In this document: positions 47,352 through 61,000 of the stretch, piece after piece
Numbering within the stretch: the stretch's first letter is position 1
Layout: every line of letters starts with the position of its first letter
NCBI RefSeq assembly: GCF_020745735.1
Contig: NC_083412.1
Location: 48,983,181-49,047,180 of the forward strand
Length of the DNA stretch: 64,000 nt
Direction: 5' to 3'
From: Hemiscyllium ocellatum
Taxonomy: Eukaryota
Program-made: the position numbers and the translations under genes
The notes under the pieces: generated by a model
Databases searched by the model: none
The model's input: only the letters and a program-made list of their open reading frames with translations
What the model was told of the DNA's origin: nothing

Positions 47352-50332
47352 ATGTGGTCGTAGACACAAGACATTTAAAAACTGTCATGACCTCAGTTGT
47401 GCCAAAGTGATCAATTATTTTATCCCTTTGATCAATAGAGGAACACAAGTTCTTAATGTTTTTCTAAATACTCCTGCTTTAAGTCTGGTGAGAATGTAGG
47501 TAAGCCTACAAACTAAGTTGATAGGACTGGTGGTGCCATATCTCAGGAATTCAGGTAGCCCTGGTTTGGTGTGAAGCTTCTGTCTTATGTGAACAAAGAC
47601 ACTGGCATAGAGACAGTGAGCATTCCACTCATTTGTTCTTGTAACTCTGGCCTTTGAGAAACATAGTCCCTCTTTGGAAGCCAGGGTGCCAAGAAGTTTG
47701 AGGCATGTGATTTTTGATGTATTTAAATGCCTTTTTTGGGAGGGCAAACAGCTCAGGCACCAAGGTTTCAATTTCCAGTCCCTTCTAATAGCCTGAGATG
47801 TATTCCTGGAGGTACTCCTTTCGACTTTGTAGTTGATGCATCTTTGCAGTGACTCCTTACAATGCAATAGCATCTGGGTCAGAGAAGCAGCAGTGAACAT
47901 CCTCCTGGCATAACTGTCAATAATGCCAATTGATCATTTCAGCATTTAAACATGCAATTTGGCCTCCAGTTTTGTATGTTGTCCAGATGTATTTGAACTG
48001 GCTCATTTGTTGTTTTATTAACCATTGAATCATAGAATTCGGCAGTATGGAAGGAAGAGTCCATCATGCTCATCTACTCAAAGAGGTTCCACTCGCTTGC
48101 TCTCTTCCCATATCCTAGTACTTCCTCTTAAAAGATAATGTACACCTAGTTCCTAATATGAGTAGAATATCTAACAATTCTCCATTAAAAATCCTAATCT
48201 TCAAAATTTTGAACACCTGTTCACGTCCCTCTTTATCTTTCTTCCACTAATTAGAAAAGCCCAGTTTCTCAAGCTTTGTATTACTTTGTTACCTGAATGA
48301 ACCTTCTTGGAAATGGAAATTGGAGACAATATTCTGTAGCCTAACCAATGATTCAGGTAGTGATACCTCTTTGTTTATGTACTATGTTTGAAATTGCAAA
48401 ACCTGAGATACCAAATGTTTATTTGATGATAAAATGGCCAATTTGATCTTCCATTTTAAATGATCTGTAAAACTGTTCATTTAGCGTTAATGCTTTAGCA
48501 TTTTTTTTTGTCATTTTTATGTTTATAATCCACTTTTTTTCTTCAAAAATGTATCACTTTATATTTTGCCCTCTTATATTTCGTGCAACCTGTCTCTGGC
48601 CAATTTAAAAATCATTGGCCTTTGAAATTACAAACGTTGCAAATTTCCTCAGAATGGCTCACACTTCACTCAAAATGTACCAAAACCCTACACTGTACTT
48701 AACCAGGTGTCAAGACCCTGACTCCTGGCTAAAAGGTTGCGGAGATCTTGTTCACAAACCTGCCAATCACACCAAACCAAATAATTTAACACTGGAAGAC
48801 ATCTGTCCATGTCTGGAGGTGAAGTCCTGCCTTGGAGATCTCTTGGCAAATGGATGACGAGCAGCACCAAGACCCAGAAGCAGTGGGTGGGCGTGGTGTT
48901 CACTGTTAGGACCACAGCAAATCCTAACAAAGAGGAGCCCAGACTTAGAGTTAAGCCCAGAGTAATATTGAGGCCAGGTGGCAGATGCCTTGAAGGGGAT
49001 GAGAACAGGGTTTGAAAGTCCAGGGGAGTGGGCGAGGAGAGAATTATGAACTTCGGTGTTGGGTGAGGGGTTCTGTCGTGCCTTTAATGGGCTCAATGAT
49101 GGGGACCCACTAACTAGGTTCAGCTCCCTCCCATCTTTGCCTCACACCAACCCACACAGTGCTGGGGGATTCCAATGTGGACTACCCCTGTCACAGGTAA
49201 TAAATGAGAGTGTCCTCCCCACCTCATGAGTCCTCCATGGTGAGTGGCTGTCCAATATCCATTCCACCTTTCATTAACTTTCACACAGGTCAGAGGCAAG
49301 CAGACAGATGGTGCAAAAGCCAAACTGTGAATTTTACATACTACCCAACTTCAAATTTTCCAATAAGAAAGTGTATAATCTAAACCCTAACCTTTGTGTT
49401 TAAATAGATATGCCAGTGCAATTACAACAGCAGAGCAAGATCAATATTGAGGAAATTCCCAGCGATATTTCAGTTGCTCCCTATTTACTTTGCTTCTGTA
49501 AATTTCTAAACTGTGCCCCAATGTTAAAGTACCGACATAGATTTTTTAGTAACTGGGGACAAAATGTCGATTAACAAAAAAAAAATGAAGACAGTGTTCT
49601 TATAAAGTATTGTTAGGGAATGAACATTACTCTTCTTTAAGCAAATCCTTCATTTGCTGTTCTTTTTGTCAAATTAATAATGCAGCTTTTCAGTTTTCCC
49701 TGTCCTGAGAATCTTTCCTGCTGTTTTAATTCTTAAGTACTACAACAAAGATGTATATTTGCTTGTACTCAAGATTTAACTTAGTGTTTCTAACATTACA
49801 AAATGTGTGCACTGAAATTAGCATTATTTACTACTTAATCAGTCTTGTTCATTGATGGGTTTAATTCATAGATGGTTAGGTTGTAACAGGCCGAATGCAA
49901 GGTGCAGTCTGAGATAATAATGTTGATTAATCGATGCTGTTCAGTTTTTTTGATGAGAAGACAAGACTGATGATCCAGAATGACAATCATAACTTCTCAA
50001 ACACAGAATTATCCTGAAAGTTTACGCATAGTATTCTGACTGTAGAATGTGAATGAATCTCACAGACAATTAATGGTCTGGGTGTGTGTTTTTTTAAGTG
50101 ACTAGAAACTTGTCAAAGGTGATTGAGTGAGAATGGTTTTCTAGGAAACAGACACTGACCTATGGACAATCATTAGCAAGCAAGTGTGTGGCATCTTTAT
50201 TGTTTATATAATCAAATAGGAGAGGGGAATATATATCTTTGCTAAACTGTATAATATTTGTTTATTTTTCTTGTGTAAATAAAAGTCATTATTGGTTCAA
50301 GGCCCATTACTCTGTCTTTCAATGAATCTTCA

Positions 50333-50530
50333 ATGAGTCCAAAGATGTGCCTGTTAGATGGATTGATCATGCTAAATTGCCCATAGTGTCCGGGGATCTG
50401 TATGTTAGCAATGGGAAATGCAGGGTGACAGGGATGGTGGAGGGGGGCTGAGTCTGGATGGGATGCTGTTTAAAGAGTTGGTGTGGACTTGTTGGGCTGA
50501 ATGGCCTGTTCCAACACTGTAGGAATTCAA
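50333..50530 (+). mobile_element. 5'-truncated older V-core SINE
   Basis: agtccaaagatgtgc...catgctaaattgccc...tggacttgttgggctgaatggcctgtt. Confidence 0.75.
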
Positions 50531-50756
50531 TTCTTTCAGTGAGAGAGAGAAAGTTGATTCATGAAGTAGCATTAGTGAATGCCAAGCTGCAAGTGGACAG
50601 AGCAACGATTCACTTTTACAGTCTGGTAGTTCTTGCTATCAATTAATGTTGAACAAAAAGATACACTTCAGATGATAGGAGATTTAAAATTTATTTTAGA
50701 AGTAGCTAAATGGCTGTGTCTTCCTTCAACAGGGACGGCAACACCTATGTAATCAC

Positions 50757-51163
50757 TCACAACAAGATTTGGAGATGCCGGTGTTGGACTGGGGTGGACA
50801 AAGTTAAAAGTAACACAACACCAGGTTATAATCCAACAGGTTTAATTGGAAGCACTAGCTTTCAGAGCGCTGCCCCTTCATCAGGTAGTTGTGGAGTATA
50901 AGATCATATGACACAGAATTCAGAGCAAAAAAGTACAGTGTGATGTCACTGAAATGGCACATTGAAAACAAAAACGGATCGTTGGTTAAGTCTTTCAGCT
51001 TTTAGAATAACCATATTAGTTTCAGTTCTTTAATAAGTGAATTCCAGAACTTTATTAAAGTTACATTCAACATTCAAACATTGGGACGCAGACAGACTTT
51101 AATCTCACACCTTCAAGGCAGTATCTGAGCTGTGATACCACCTATTGTTGAAGCTAATTTGAG
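50757..51163 (-). mobile_element. Family B PLE-type terminal repeat with hammerhead (50853-50887)
   Basis: Reverse complement tac-CTGATGA-a-GGGGC agc GCTCT-GAAA-GCTA-gtg; the longest family B piece in the window. Confidence 0.65.
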
Positions 51164-53472
51164 AATGTCATGGAGTCACAGAGATGCACAGCATGGAAAC
51201 AGACCCTTCAGTCCAACCCGTCCATGCCAACCAGATATCCCAACCCAATCTAGTCCCACATGCCAGCACCCGGCCCATATCCCTCCAAACCCTTCCTATT
51301 CACATCCCCATCCAGATGCCTTTTAAATCTTGTAATTATACCAGCCTTCACCACTTACTCTGGAGCTCATTCCATACACGTACTCTGCATGAACACATTG
51401 CCCCTTAGATCTCTTTTATATCTTTCCCCTCTCACCTTAAACCTATGCCCTCTAGTTCTGGACTCTCCGACCCCAGTGAAAAGGCCTTGTCTATTTATCC
51501 TATCCATGCCCCGTATGATTTTATAAACCTCTATAAGGTCACCCCTCAGCTTCCAATGCTCCAGGGAAACAGGCTCAGCCTATAGCTCAAATCCTCCAAC
51601 CCAGGCAACATCCTTGTAAATCTTTTCTGAACCCTTCCAAGTTTCACAACATCCTTCCAATAGGAAGGAGACCAGAATTGCATGCAATACTCCAACAGTG
51701 GCCTAACCAATGTCCTGTATAGCCGCAACATAACCTCCGAACTCTTATACTCAATGCTCTGACTAATATAGGAAAGCATATCAAATGCCTCCTTCGCTCT
51801 CCTATCTACCTGTGAATCCACTTCCAAGGAGCTATGAACCTGCACTCCAAGGTCTCTTTGTTCAGCAACACTCCCTAGGACCTTACCATTAAGTGGATAA
51901 GTCCTGCTAAGATTTGCTTTCCCAAAATGCAGCACCTCGTATTTATTTAAATTAAACTCCATCTGCCACTCTTCAGCCCATTGGCCCATCTGGTCAAGAT
52001 CCTGTTGTAATCTGAGGTAATCTTCTTTCCTGTCTACTACACCTCCAATTTTGGTGTCATCTGCAAACTTACTAACTATACCTCCAAATCATTTATGCAA
52101 ATGACAAAAAGTAGAGGGCCCAGCACCGATCCTTGTGGCACTCCACTGGTCACAGACCTCCAGTCGGAAAAACAACCCTCCAACACCCATTCTCTGTCAT
52201 CTATCTTTGAGCCAGTTCTGTATCCAAATGGCTAGTTCTCCCTGTATTCCATGAAATCTAACCTTGCTAACCAGTCTCCCCTGGGGAACCTTGTCGGACG
52301 TCTTACTGAAGTCCATATAGATCACATCTACTGCTCTGCCCTCATCAATCCTCTTTGTTACTTATTCAAAAAAACTCAGTCAAGTTTATGAGACATGATT
52401 TGCCATGCTCAAAGCCATGTTAACTGTCCCTAATCAGTCCTTGCCTTTCCAAATCCACATACATTCCTGTTCCTCAGGATTCCCTCCAACAATTTGCCCA
52501 CCACAAACATCAGGTTCACTGGTCTATAGTTCCTTGGCTTGTCTTTACCACTCTTCTTAAACAGTGGCACCATGTTAGTCAACCTCCAGTCTTCCAGTAC
52601 CTCACCTGTGACTATTGATGATACAAATATCTCAGCAAGAGGCCCAGCAATCATTTCCCTAGCTTCCCGCAGTGTTCTAGGGTACACCTGAAAGGTCCTG
52701 GGGATTTATCCACTTTTATGTGTTTCAAGACATCCAGCACTTCCTCCTGTGTAACATGGACATTTTTTCAAGATGTCACCATCTATTTCCCTACATTCTA
52801 TATCTTCCGTGTCCTTTTCCACAGTAAACACTGATGCAAAATACTCATTTAGTACCTCCCCCATTTTCTGAGGTTCCACACAAAGGCCGCCTTGTTGATC
52901 TTTGAGGGGCCCTATTCTCTCCCTTATTACCCTTTTGTCCTTAATGTATTTGTAAAAATCCTTTGGATTCTCCTTAATTCTATTTGCCAAAGCTATCTCA
53001 TGTCACATTTTTGCCCTCATGATTTCCCTCTTAAGTATACTCCTACTGCCTTTATACTCTTCTAAGGATTCATTCGATATATCTTGTTTGTACCTGATAT
53101 ATGCTTGCTTCTTATTCTTAATAAAACATTCAATTTCTTTCGTCATTCAGCATTCCCTGCACCTACCAGCCTTACTTTTCAGCCTAACAGGGATATAATG
53201 TCATCTGCTCCCAATCAGTTTTGAAAGTTCTTGCCTATTTACTGTCAAAATTAGCCGTCCTCCAATTTAGAACTTCAACTTTTAGAACTGGTCTATCGTT
53301 TCCCATCACTATTTTAAAATGAATAGAATTACGGTCGCTGGCCCCAAAGTGCTCCCCCATTGATACCTCAGTCACCTGCCCTGCCTTATTTCCCAAGATT
53401 GTGTCAAGTTTTGCACCTTCTCTTGTAGGTGAATATTGAATCAGAAAATTTTCTTGTACACATTTAACAAAT
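51164..53472 (-). mobile_element. CR1 ORF2 3' half
   Basis: MANRIKENPKDFYKYIK, EDWRLTNMVPLFKK, WQMEFNLNKYEVLHFG, RPLLEYCMQFWSP. Confidence 0.9.
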
Positions 53473-53718
53473 GTAAGTTTAAAGAAGTTCTGGGATTAAA
53501 TATGAAAGAACCAAAACTAACATGACATTCTTAAAGATGAAAGACTTAACAAATAATTCAGTTTTTATCAATATATCATTTCAATGTTATAAATTCTGTG
53601 TCATATGGTCTTATACTCCACAGCTACTTGATGAAGGAGCAGTGCTCCGAAAGCCAGTGCTTCTGAAAACACCTGTTGGAAAATAACCTGGTATTGTGTG
53701 ATTTTTAACTTTGTCCCA
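53473..53718 (+). mobile_element. Family B PLE-type fragment with degenerate hammerhead (53625-53659)
   Basis: tac-TTGATGA-a-GGAGC agt GCTCC-GAAA-GCCA-gtg; perfect 5-bp stem II. Confidence 0.65.
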
Positions 53719-53739
53719 TAACAAGAAGTTGGATGTGGA

Positions 53740-53945
53740 CATTTGGAATTGTGGAGGTCAGTTAGCTGGATATCAGGTTTGCATTCAGAGTGATGTCAGC
53801 AGCACATTTTCAATTACCACATGGGCTGAGTTACCATGGAGGACTCTCCTTCTCAACCCCTACCCCTACCAGAGACATGGCAACGCTCAGGTTAAACCAA
53901 GTTGTCTTCCCTATCTAATGAGAGGTCAGCACTTTAGTGATTTTA
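53740..53945 (+). mobile_element. Decayed tRNA-derived SINE (second family)
   Basis: ggtcagttagctgga head; gagttaccatggaggactctccttctcaacc; ctcaggttaaacc; ctaatgagagg. Confidence 0.5.
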
Positions 53946-55029
53946 CCCTTTGTGGTATTGATGATTCCAACAGATATTTATTGTAACTAACTATTATGTG
54001 TAAACATTACATTCCTCAGGCACATTAAGTTAACATGTTAGAACAGAGAAACATACTTCAGGAATGTGTCATGTTTTAAGTGATCTAAGGTAAGATATAG
54101 TATGAGGTATTTTACCTTTGCTCCCATGCAAAGATGCGGTGTGGATATCATGAGCATGTCTCTTAAAAGTATGCTAACAGGCTGATTGTGAGACATGACA
54201 TAACATCTCACTTGTTCCTTAATTTGAAAAAAAAATTTCAAATGGATATACATAGTTGTGTCTGTTACCATTTCAAGTAATTAAACAAATAGGTAAAAAC
54301 ACAGTTTACAAGACTAACATTTTAAACCTCAACGTAATGTTTAACAATTTATCTTGCTCTGGTGATTGTATACCTGCCGAGAGAGGTATGCATTGCTGTC
54401 CTTTGCATTTGTTTCACAATTTGGTTGTCTTGCTGCTGGTTGTTGTCACTCAACATTATCACACAATCATCGTTCTTGGATTATTCTTTCTCACTCTCAT
54501 TTTGCATGATTGGCCAGCTTTACATTGCTCTGAGCTGGCTTCTGTACCTTCATTGCGTAGCTACATGATTCATGAAACCTTTGCAGGTATCCAAATATTT
54601 GTATTTACCTTTTTAATTTAGACTGTCTGTTCAGTGCACAGTAATGGTAGTTATCTACTTGCTCCCATCTCCTCCATCTCTTTAATTCTCCTTTGTCTTT
54701 CAAGAAGAATGTCCTATTTGCTAAGCAAAGTGAAGGGTTTTATTTGCCTTCTGAGTATAAGTTAATCTGTAGATGGTATTCCCTTCTGCACTGGTGTTGC
54801 ACAACATATAGTATTGCAATATGAAAATCTTGCTTGTTGTTTAACCCTTAATGATTGTTGATTTAATAGTATGTATTGTATGTTCTACTGGACCATATGA
54901 GCATCAATGGGTAGCTAACAGTACAATATGGATCACTCCCGACTTGGTGCACATCTTGAAGTGATTTGCCAGTGTGCTGTGCCCCATTGTTAGACCCTAT
55001 TTGATTTGTAATATCAAATAAACTAAAAA

Positions 55030-58000
55030 TAGTGTTCAGTGTGATAGCAATGGCCATGTTTGTTGAAGTTTGAAGTTGTTAAAAAATGGAAAATTGAGAG
55101 AAGTAATCCATCACAAAGTTGTCTGCAGCAAGTGTCTTTGGTTGCAAATCCTATCTGGTTGCATGAAATGCTTAGAGCGGCAGTTAGAGCTAAAGAGGAA
55201 TTTACAGGAGCTAGTAGGTGTGATGGATGGCAGTTATAGGAAGGGAGAAAAGTCGCAGATACAATCAGGTAGATTAGTTAACTCCAGGAAAGGTAGGGGA
55301 GGTAGGCAGGTAGTACAAGAGTCTTCTGTGATTATCCCCATTTCAAACAAATCTGCTTTGGAAAATATAGGGGGTGATGGACTCTCAGGAGATTATAGCA
55401 CAAACAGCCAAGTTTCTGGTATCGAGACAGATTCTAATGTAATGAGTGGTATGTCAGGTTCCAACCAATTGATTGTGATACAGGACTCTCTCGTCAGAGG
55501 CACAGATAGACATTTCTGTGGACAGTAGGAAAAGATCAGAGTGGTGTGTTGTCTCCCTGGATCAAGGATATCTCAGAGAGGGTGCAGAATGTTCTCAAAG
55601 GTGAGACGGACCAGCTGGAGGTCATTGTACACACTGTGGAACTAGTGACATAGGAAGGGGAAAAAAATGAGATTCTGGGGGAGAATATAGAAAGTTAGGC
55701 ACTAATTTAAAAAGGAAGTCCTCAAAGGTAGTAATATAAGAATTACTCCCAGTGCTACGAGCTAGTGAGGGTAGGAATAGGAGGATAAAGCAGATGAATG
55801 CATGGCTGAGGAGCTGGTGTATGGGAGAAGGATTCATTTTTGGATCATTGGAAGCTCTTTTGGGGTAGAAGTGACCTGTACAAGAAGGACAGATTACACC
55901 TAAATTAGAAGGGGACTAACATTCTGGCAGGGAGATTTGCTAGACCTGTTTTGGAGGGTTTAAACAAGTAAGGTGGTGGTGTGGGACTAGGGAAGTAGTG
56001 AGGAAAGAGATTAATTTGAGACTGGTACAGTGGGAAAGGGAGCAAGTCAAGCAGGGCAGGCAGGAACAAAGCAGAGAACAAGGTAGGACTGATAAATTAA
56101 ACTGCATTTATTTCAATGCAAGAGGCCTATCAGGGAAGGCAGATGAACTCAGGGCATGGTTAGCAACAGGGGACTGGGATGTTATAGCAATTACAGAAAA
56201 GTGCTCAGGGATGGGCAGAACTGGCAGCTTAATGTTCCAGGATACAAATGCTACAGGAAGTACAGAAAGGAAGGCAAGAAAGGAGGTGGTGTGGCAAGGT
56301 GATAAGGGATAGCATTACTGCTGTTCTTAGGGAGGATATTCCTGGGAATACATCCAGGTAAGTTATTTGGGTGCAACTGAAAAATAAGAAAGGAATGATC
56401 ATCTTATTGGGACTGTATTACAGACCCCCTAGTAGTCAGTGGGAAATTGAGAAACACATTTGTAAGGAGATTTCAGTTATCTTTAAGAATAATAGGGTGG
56501 TTATGGTAGGGGATTTTAACTTTCCAAACATAGACTGGGACTGGCGTAGCATTAAGGGTTTAGATGGAGAGGAACTTGTTAAATGTGTACAAAAAAAAAT
56601 TCTGATTCAGTATGTGGATGTACCTACTAGAGAAGGTGCAAAACTTGGCTTACTCTTGGGAAATAAGGCAGGGCAGGTGACCGAGGTGTCAGTGGGGGAG
56701 CACTTTGGGGCCAGTGACCACAATTCTACCAGTTTTAAAATAGTAAAGGAAAAGGATAGACCAGATCTGAAAGTGGAAGTTCTAAATTGGAGGAAGGCTA
56801 ATTTTGATGGTATTGGACAAGAACTTTCAAAAGCTGCTTGGAGGCAGATGTTCACAGGTGAAGGGATGGCTAGAAAATGGGAAGCCTTCATTTTTGGAAA
56901 CAGCGAGAGCAGAGACTGAAGGCTGCCGGGTAGGTAAATTAATCATTTAAAATCTTAGCTCATGAATAGGCAGAGCACACACTGAGCAGGAGGTCAAACA
57001 GGACTGCTGAGTAAGTGAGGTAATATATTTGGCGGTTGCTTTACCTGAAACACTACTTAGGTAGTGTCTCCCACCCATCCTCCTCCTCTAACCTTGGAAC
57101 TGGATGAACCTTGGATCATTTGGGAGGCTGAGAGAGTTATAGGGGGTTGTCACACCTCAAGTACAGGAAACAGATAGATGGGTTACAGTCAGTGGATGAA
57201 AAGGGAACCAGCAGACAGTGGTTGTTCCCCTCAATAACAACTATACTGTTTTGGATACTGTTGGGGAGGAAGACTTATCAGGGGTAAGCCATGGGGTACA
57301 AGCCTCTGGCACAGAGTCTGTTCCTGTTGCTCAGAAGAGAAGTGGGGAGAGGACTAGAGCATTAGTCACTGGGGACTCCCTAGTTAAGGGGATAGATAGG
57401 AGATTCTGTGGGAATGAGAGAGACTTGCAGTTAGTGTGTTGCCTCCCAGCTGCCAGGTTTCGTGATGTCTTGGATCATATTTTCAAGATTCTTGGGGGAG
57501 GGCGAGCAGCCCCAAGTCGTGGTCCACATAGGCATTAATGACATAGGTAGGAAAAGGGATGGGGATTTAAGGCAGAAATTCAGGGATCTCAGGTGGAAGC
57601 TTAGATCTAGAACAAACAGTCGTTATCTCTGGTTTGTTACCTGTGCCACGTGCTAGTGAGGCAAGGAATAGGGAGAGAGAGGAGTTGAACACGTGGCTAC
57701 AGGGATGTTGTAGAAGGGAGGGTTTCAGATACCTGGATAATTGGGGCACATACAAACAGGATGGTCTACACCTGAATCAGGAGGGCACCGATACCCTGGG
57801 GGGAGCTTTGCTAATGTTCTTTGGGAGGGTTTAAACTAATTCAGCAGGGGGATGGGAACCTGAATTGTGGCTCCAGTGTACAGGAGGTTGAAAGTTGTGA
57901 GTTCATTAATAAGGACTCAAGGTCACAAGAGTGTACCAGCAGGCAGGAAAGTGATTTGAAGTGTGTCTACCTCAATGCCAGGAGCATCTGGAATAAGGTG

Positions 58001-61000
58001 AGTGAACTTGTAACATGAATTGGTACCTGGGACTTTGGTGTTGTGGCCATTTCAGAGACATGGATAGAACAGAGACAGGAATGGCTGTTGCAGGTGCTGG
58101 GATTTAAATGTTTCAGTAAGAACAGGGAAGGTGGTAAAAGAGGGGGTGTGTGGCATTGTTAGTCAAGGTCAGTATTATGGTGGCAGAAAGGACGCTTGAT
58201 GAGGACTCGTCTATTGAGGTAGTATTGGCTGAGGTTAGAAACAGGAAAGGAGAGGTCACCCTGTTAGAAGTTTTCGATAGTCCTCTGAAGACTTCCAGAG
58301 ATGTACAGGAAAGGATTGCAAAAATGATTCTGGATAGGAGAGAAAGTAACAGGGTAGTTGTTATGGGGGCTTTAACTTTCCAAATATTGACTGGAAATGC
58401 TATAATACTACTTTAGATGGGTCAATTTTTGTCTAATATGTGCAGAAGGGTTTCCTGATACAGTATGTAGAAAGGGCAACAAGAGGCGAGGCCATATTGG
58501 ATTTGGTACTGGGTAATGAACCAGGCTAGGTGTTAGATTTTGAGGTAGATGAGCTCTTTGGTGATAGTGACCATAATTAGTGATGAAACGGGATAGGTAT
58601 ATACCGCAGGAAAAGAGTTATAGCTGGGGGAAAGGCAATTATTATGCGATTAGGCAAGATTTAGGATGCATAGGATGGGGAAGGAAACTGCAGGGATGGG
58701 CACAATTGAAATGTAGAGCTTGTTCAAGGAAAAGCTGCTGTGTGTCCTTGATAGGTATGTACCTGTCAGGCAGGGAGGAAATGGTCGAGTTAGTGAACCG
58801 TGGTTTATTAAAGAAGTTGACTCTCTTGTCAAGAGGAAGAAAGGAGTTTATATATAGTTGAGACATGAAGGCTCAGTTAAGGTAATTGAGGGTTACAAGT
58901 TAGACTGAAGGGTCAACAGAGAGAGCTAAGAGCCAGGAGGGGACATGAGAATTCTTTGGCAGGTAGGATCAAGGAAAACCCTAAAGCTTTCTATAGGTAT
59001 GTCAGGAATGAAAGAATGATGAGAGTAAGATTAGAGCCAGTCAAGGACAGTAATGGGAAGTTGTCCGTGGAGTCCAAGGAGATAGAAGAGGTGCTAAATG
59101 AATAATTTTGTCAGTATTCACCCTGGAAAAAGACAATGTTGTCAAGGAGAATACTGAGATATCGGCTATTAAACTAGATGGGATTGGTTCATAAGGAGGA
59201 GGTGTTAGCAATTCTGGAAATGTGAAAATAGATAACTCCCCTGGGCTGGATGGGATTTATCCTGGGATTCTCTGGAAAGGTAGGGAGGAGGTTGCAGTCC
59301 TTTTGCTTTGGTCTTTATGTCATCATTGTCTACAGGAATAGTGCCAGAAGACTGGAGGATGGTAAATACTGTTCCCTTTGTCAAGAAGGGGAGTAGAGAC
59401 AACTCTGGAAATTGTAGACCAGGGAGCCTTACTTTGGTTGTGGGTAATGTGTTGGAAAGGGTTATAAGAGATAAGAGATAGGATTTATAATCACCTAGAT
59501 AGGAATAATTTGATTGGGGATAGTCAACACGGTTTTGTGAAGGGTAGGTTGTGCCTTACAAACTTTATTGAGTGCTTAGAGACAGTGACCAAACAGGTGG
59601 ATGAGGGTAAAGTGGTTGATGTGGTAAACATGGATTTCAGTAAGGCATTTGATAAGGTTCCCCATGGTAGGCTATTGTAGAAAATACAGAGGCATGGGAT
59701 TGTGAATGATTTAGCTGTTTGGATCAGAAATAGGCGTGCTGAAAGAAAAGGCAGGGCAGTGGTTGTTGGGAAATGTTCATCCTGGAGTTCAGTTACTAGT
59801 GATGTACAGCAAGGATCTGTTTTTAGGGCCACTGCGGTTTGTAATTTTTATAAATAACTTGGATAAGGGTTAGTAAATTTGCAGATGACACTAAGGTCAG
59901 TGTAGTTGTGGACATACGGATGGATGTTGCAGGTTACAGAGGGAAATAGATAAGCTGCAGAGTTAGGTTGAGAGCTGGCAAATGGAGTTTAATGTGGAAA
60001 AGTGTGAGTTGATTCACTTTGGTAGGAGTAACAGGAATACAAAGTACTGGGCTATTGGTAAGATTCTTGGTAGTGTGGATGAGCAGAGACATCTCAATGT
60101 CCATGTACATAGATCCTTGAAAGTTGCCACCCAGATTGATAGGGCTGTTAAGAGTGTGTGTTAGCTTTTATTGGGAGAAGGATTGATTTCAGAGCCATGA
60201 AGTCATGTTGCAGTTGTACAAAACTCTAATGCAAACACACTTGGAGTATTGCATACAGTTCTGGTCGCAGCATTATAGGAAGGACGTGGAAGCATTGGAA
60301 AGGGTCCAGAGGCGATTTACCAGGATGTTGCCTGGTATGGAGGGAAGGTCTTATCAGGAAAGTCTAAGGAATTTCAGGCTGTTTTGTTAGAGAGAAGAAG
60401 GTTGAGAGGTGACCTAATTGAGACATACAAGATGATAAGGGGATTAGATAGGGTGGACAGTGAGAGCCTTTTTCCTCGGATGGTGATGGCTAGCATGAGG
60501 GGACATATCATTAAATTGAGAGGTGACAAATACAGGACAGATGTCAGAAGTAGGTTATTTACACAGAGTAGTAATGATGTGGAACACCTGCCTGCAACAG
60601 TGGTAGACTTACCAACTTTAAGGGCATTTAAATCATCATTGGCTAAACATATGGATGATAATGGAATAGTGTAGGTCAGATGGGCTTCAGATTGGTTTCA
60701 CAGGTTAGCAGAAAATCGAGGGTCAAAGGGCCTGTACTGTGCTGTAATGTTCTATGTTCGATATTCTAAAATGAGATAATGAGAGTCCAGAGACAGTATA
60801 TTCCCGTTAGGGTGAAAGGCAAGACTGGTAGGTGTAGAGAATGCTCGATGATGAGAAAATTTGAGGTTTCGGTTAAGAAAAAGAAGGAAGCATATGTCAG
60901 GTATAAACAGGAGAGATCGAGTAAATCCTTAGCAGAGTATAAAGGCAGTAGGAGTATACTGTGACCACTCTTGGAGTATTGGATGCAGTTCTGGTCGCAG

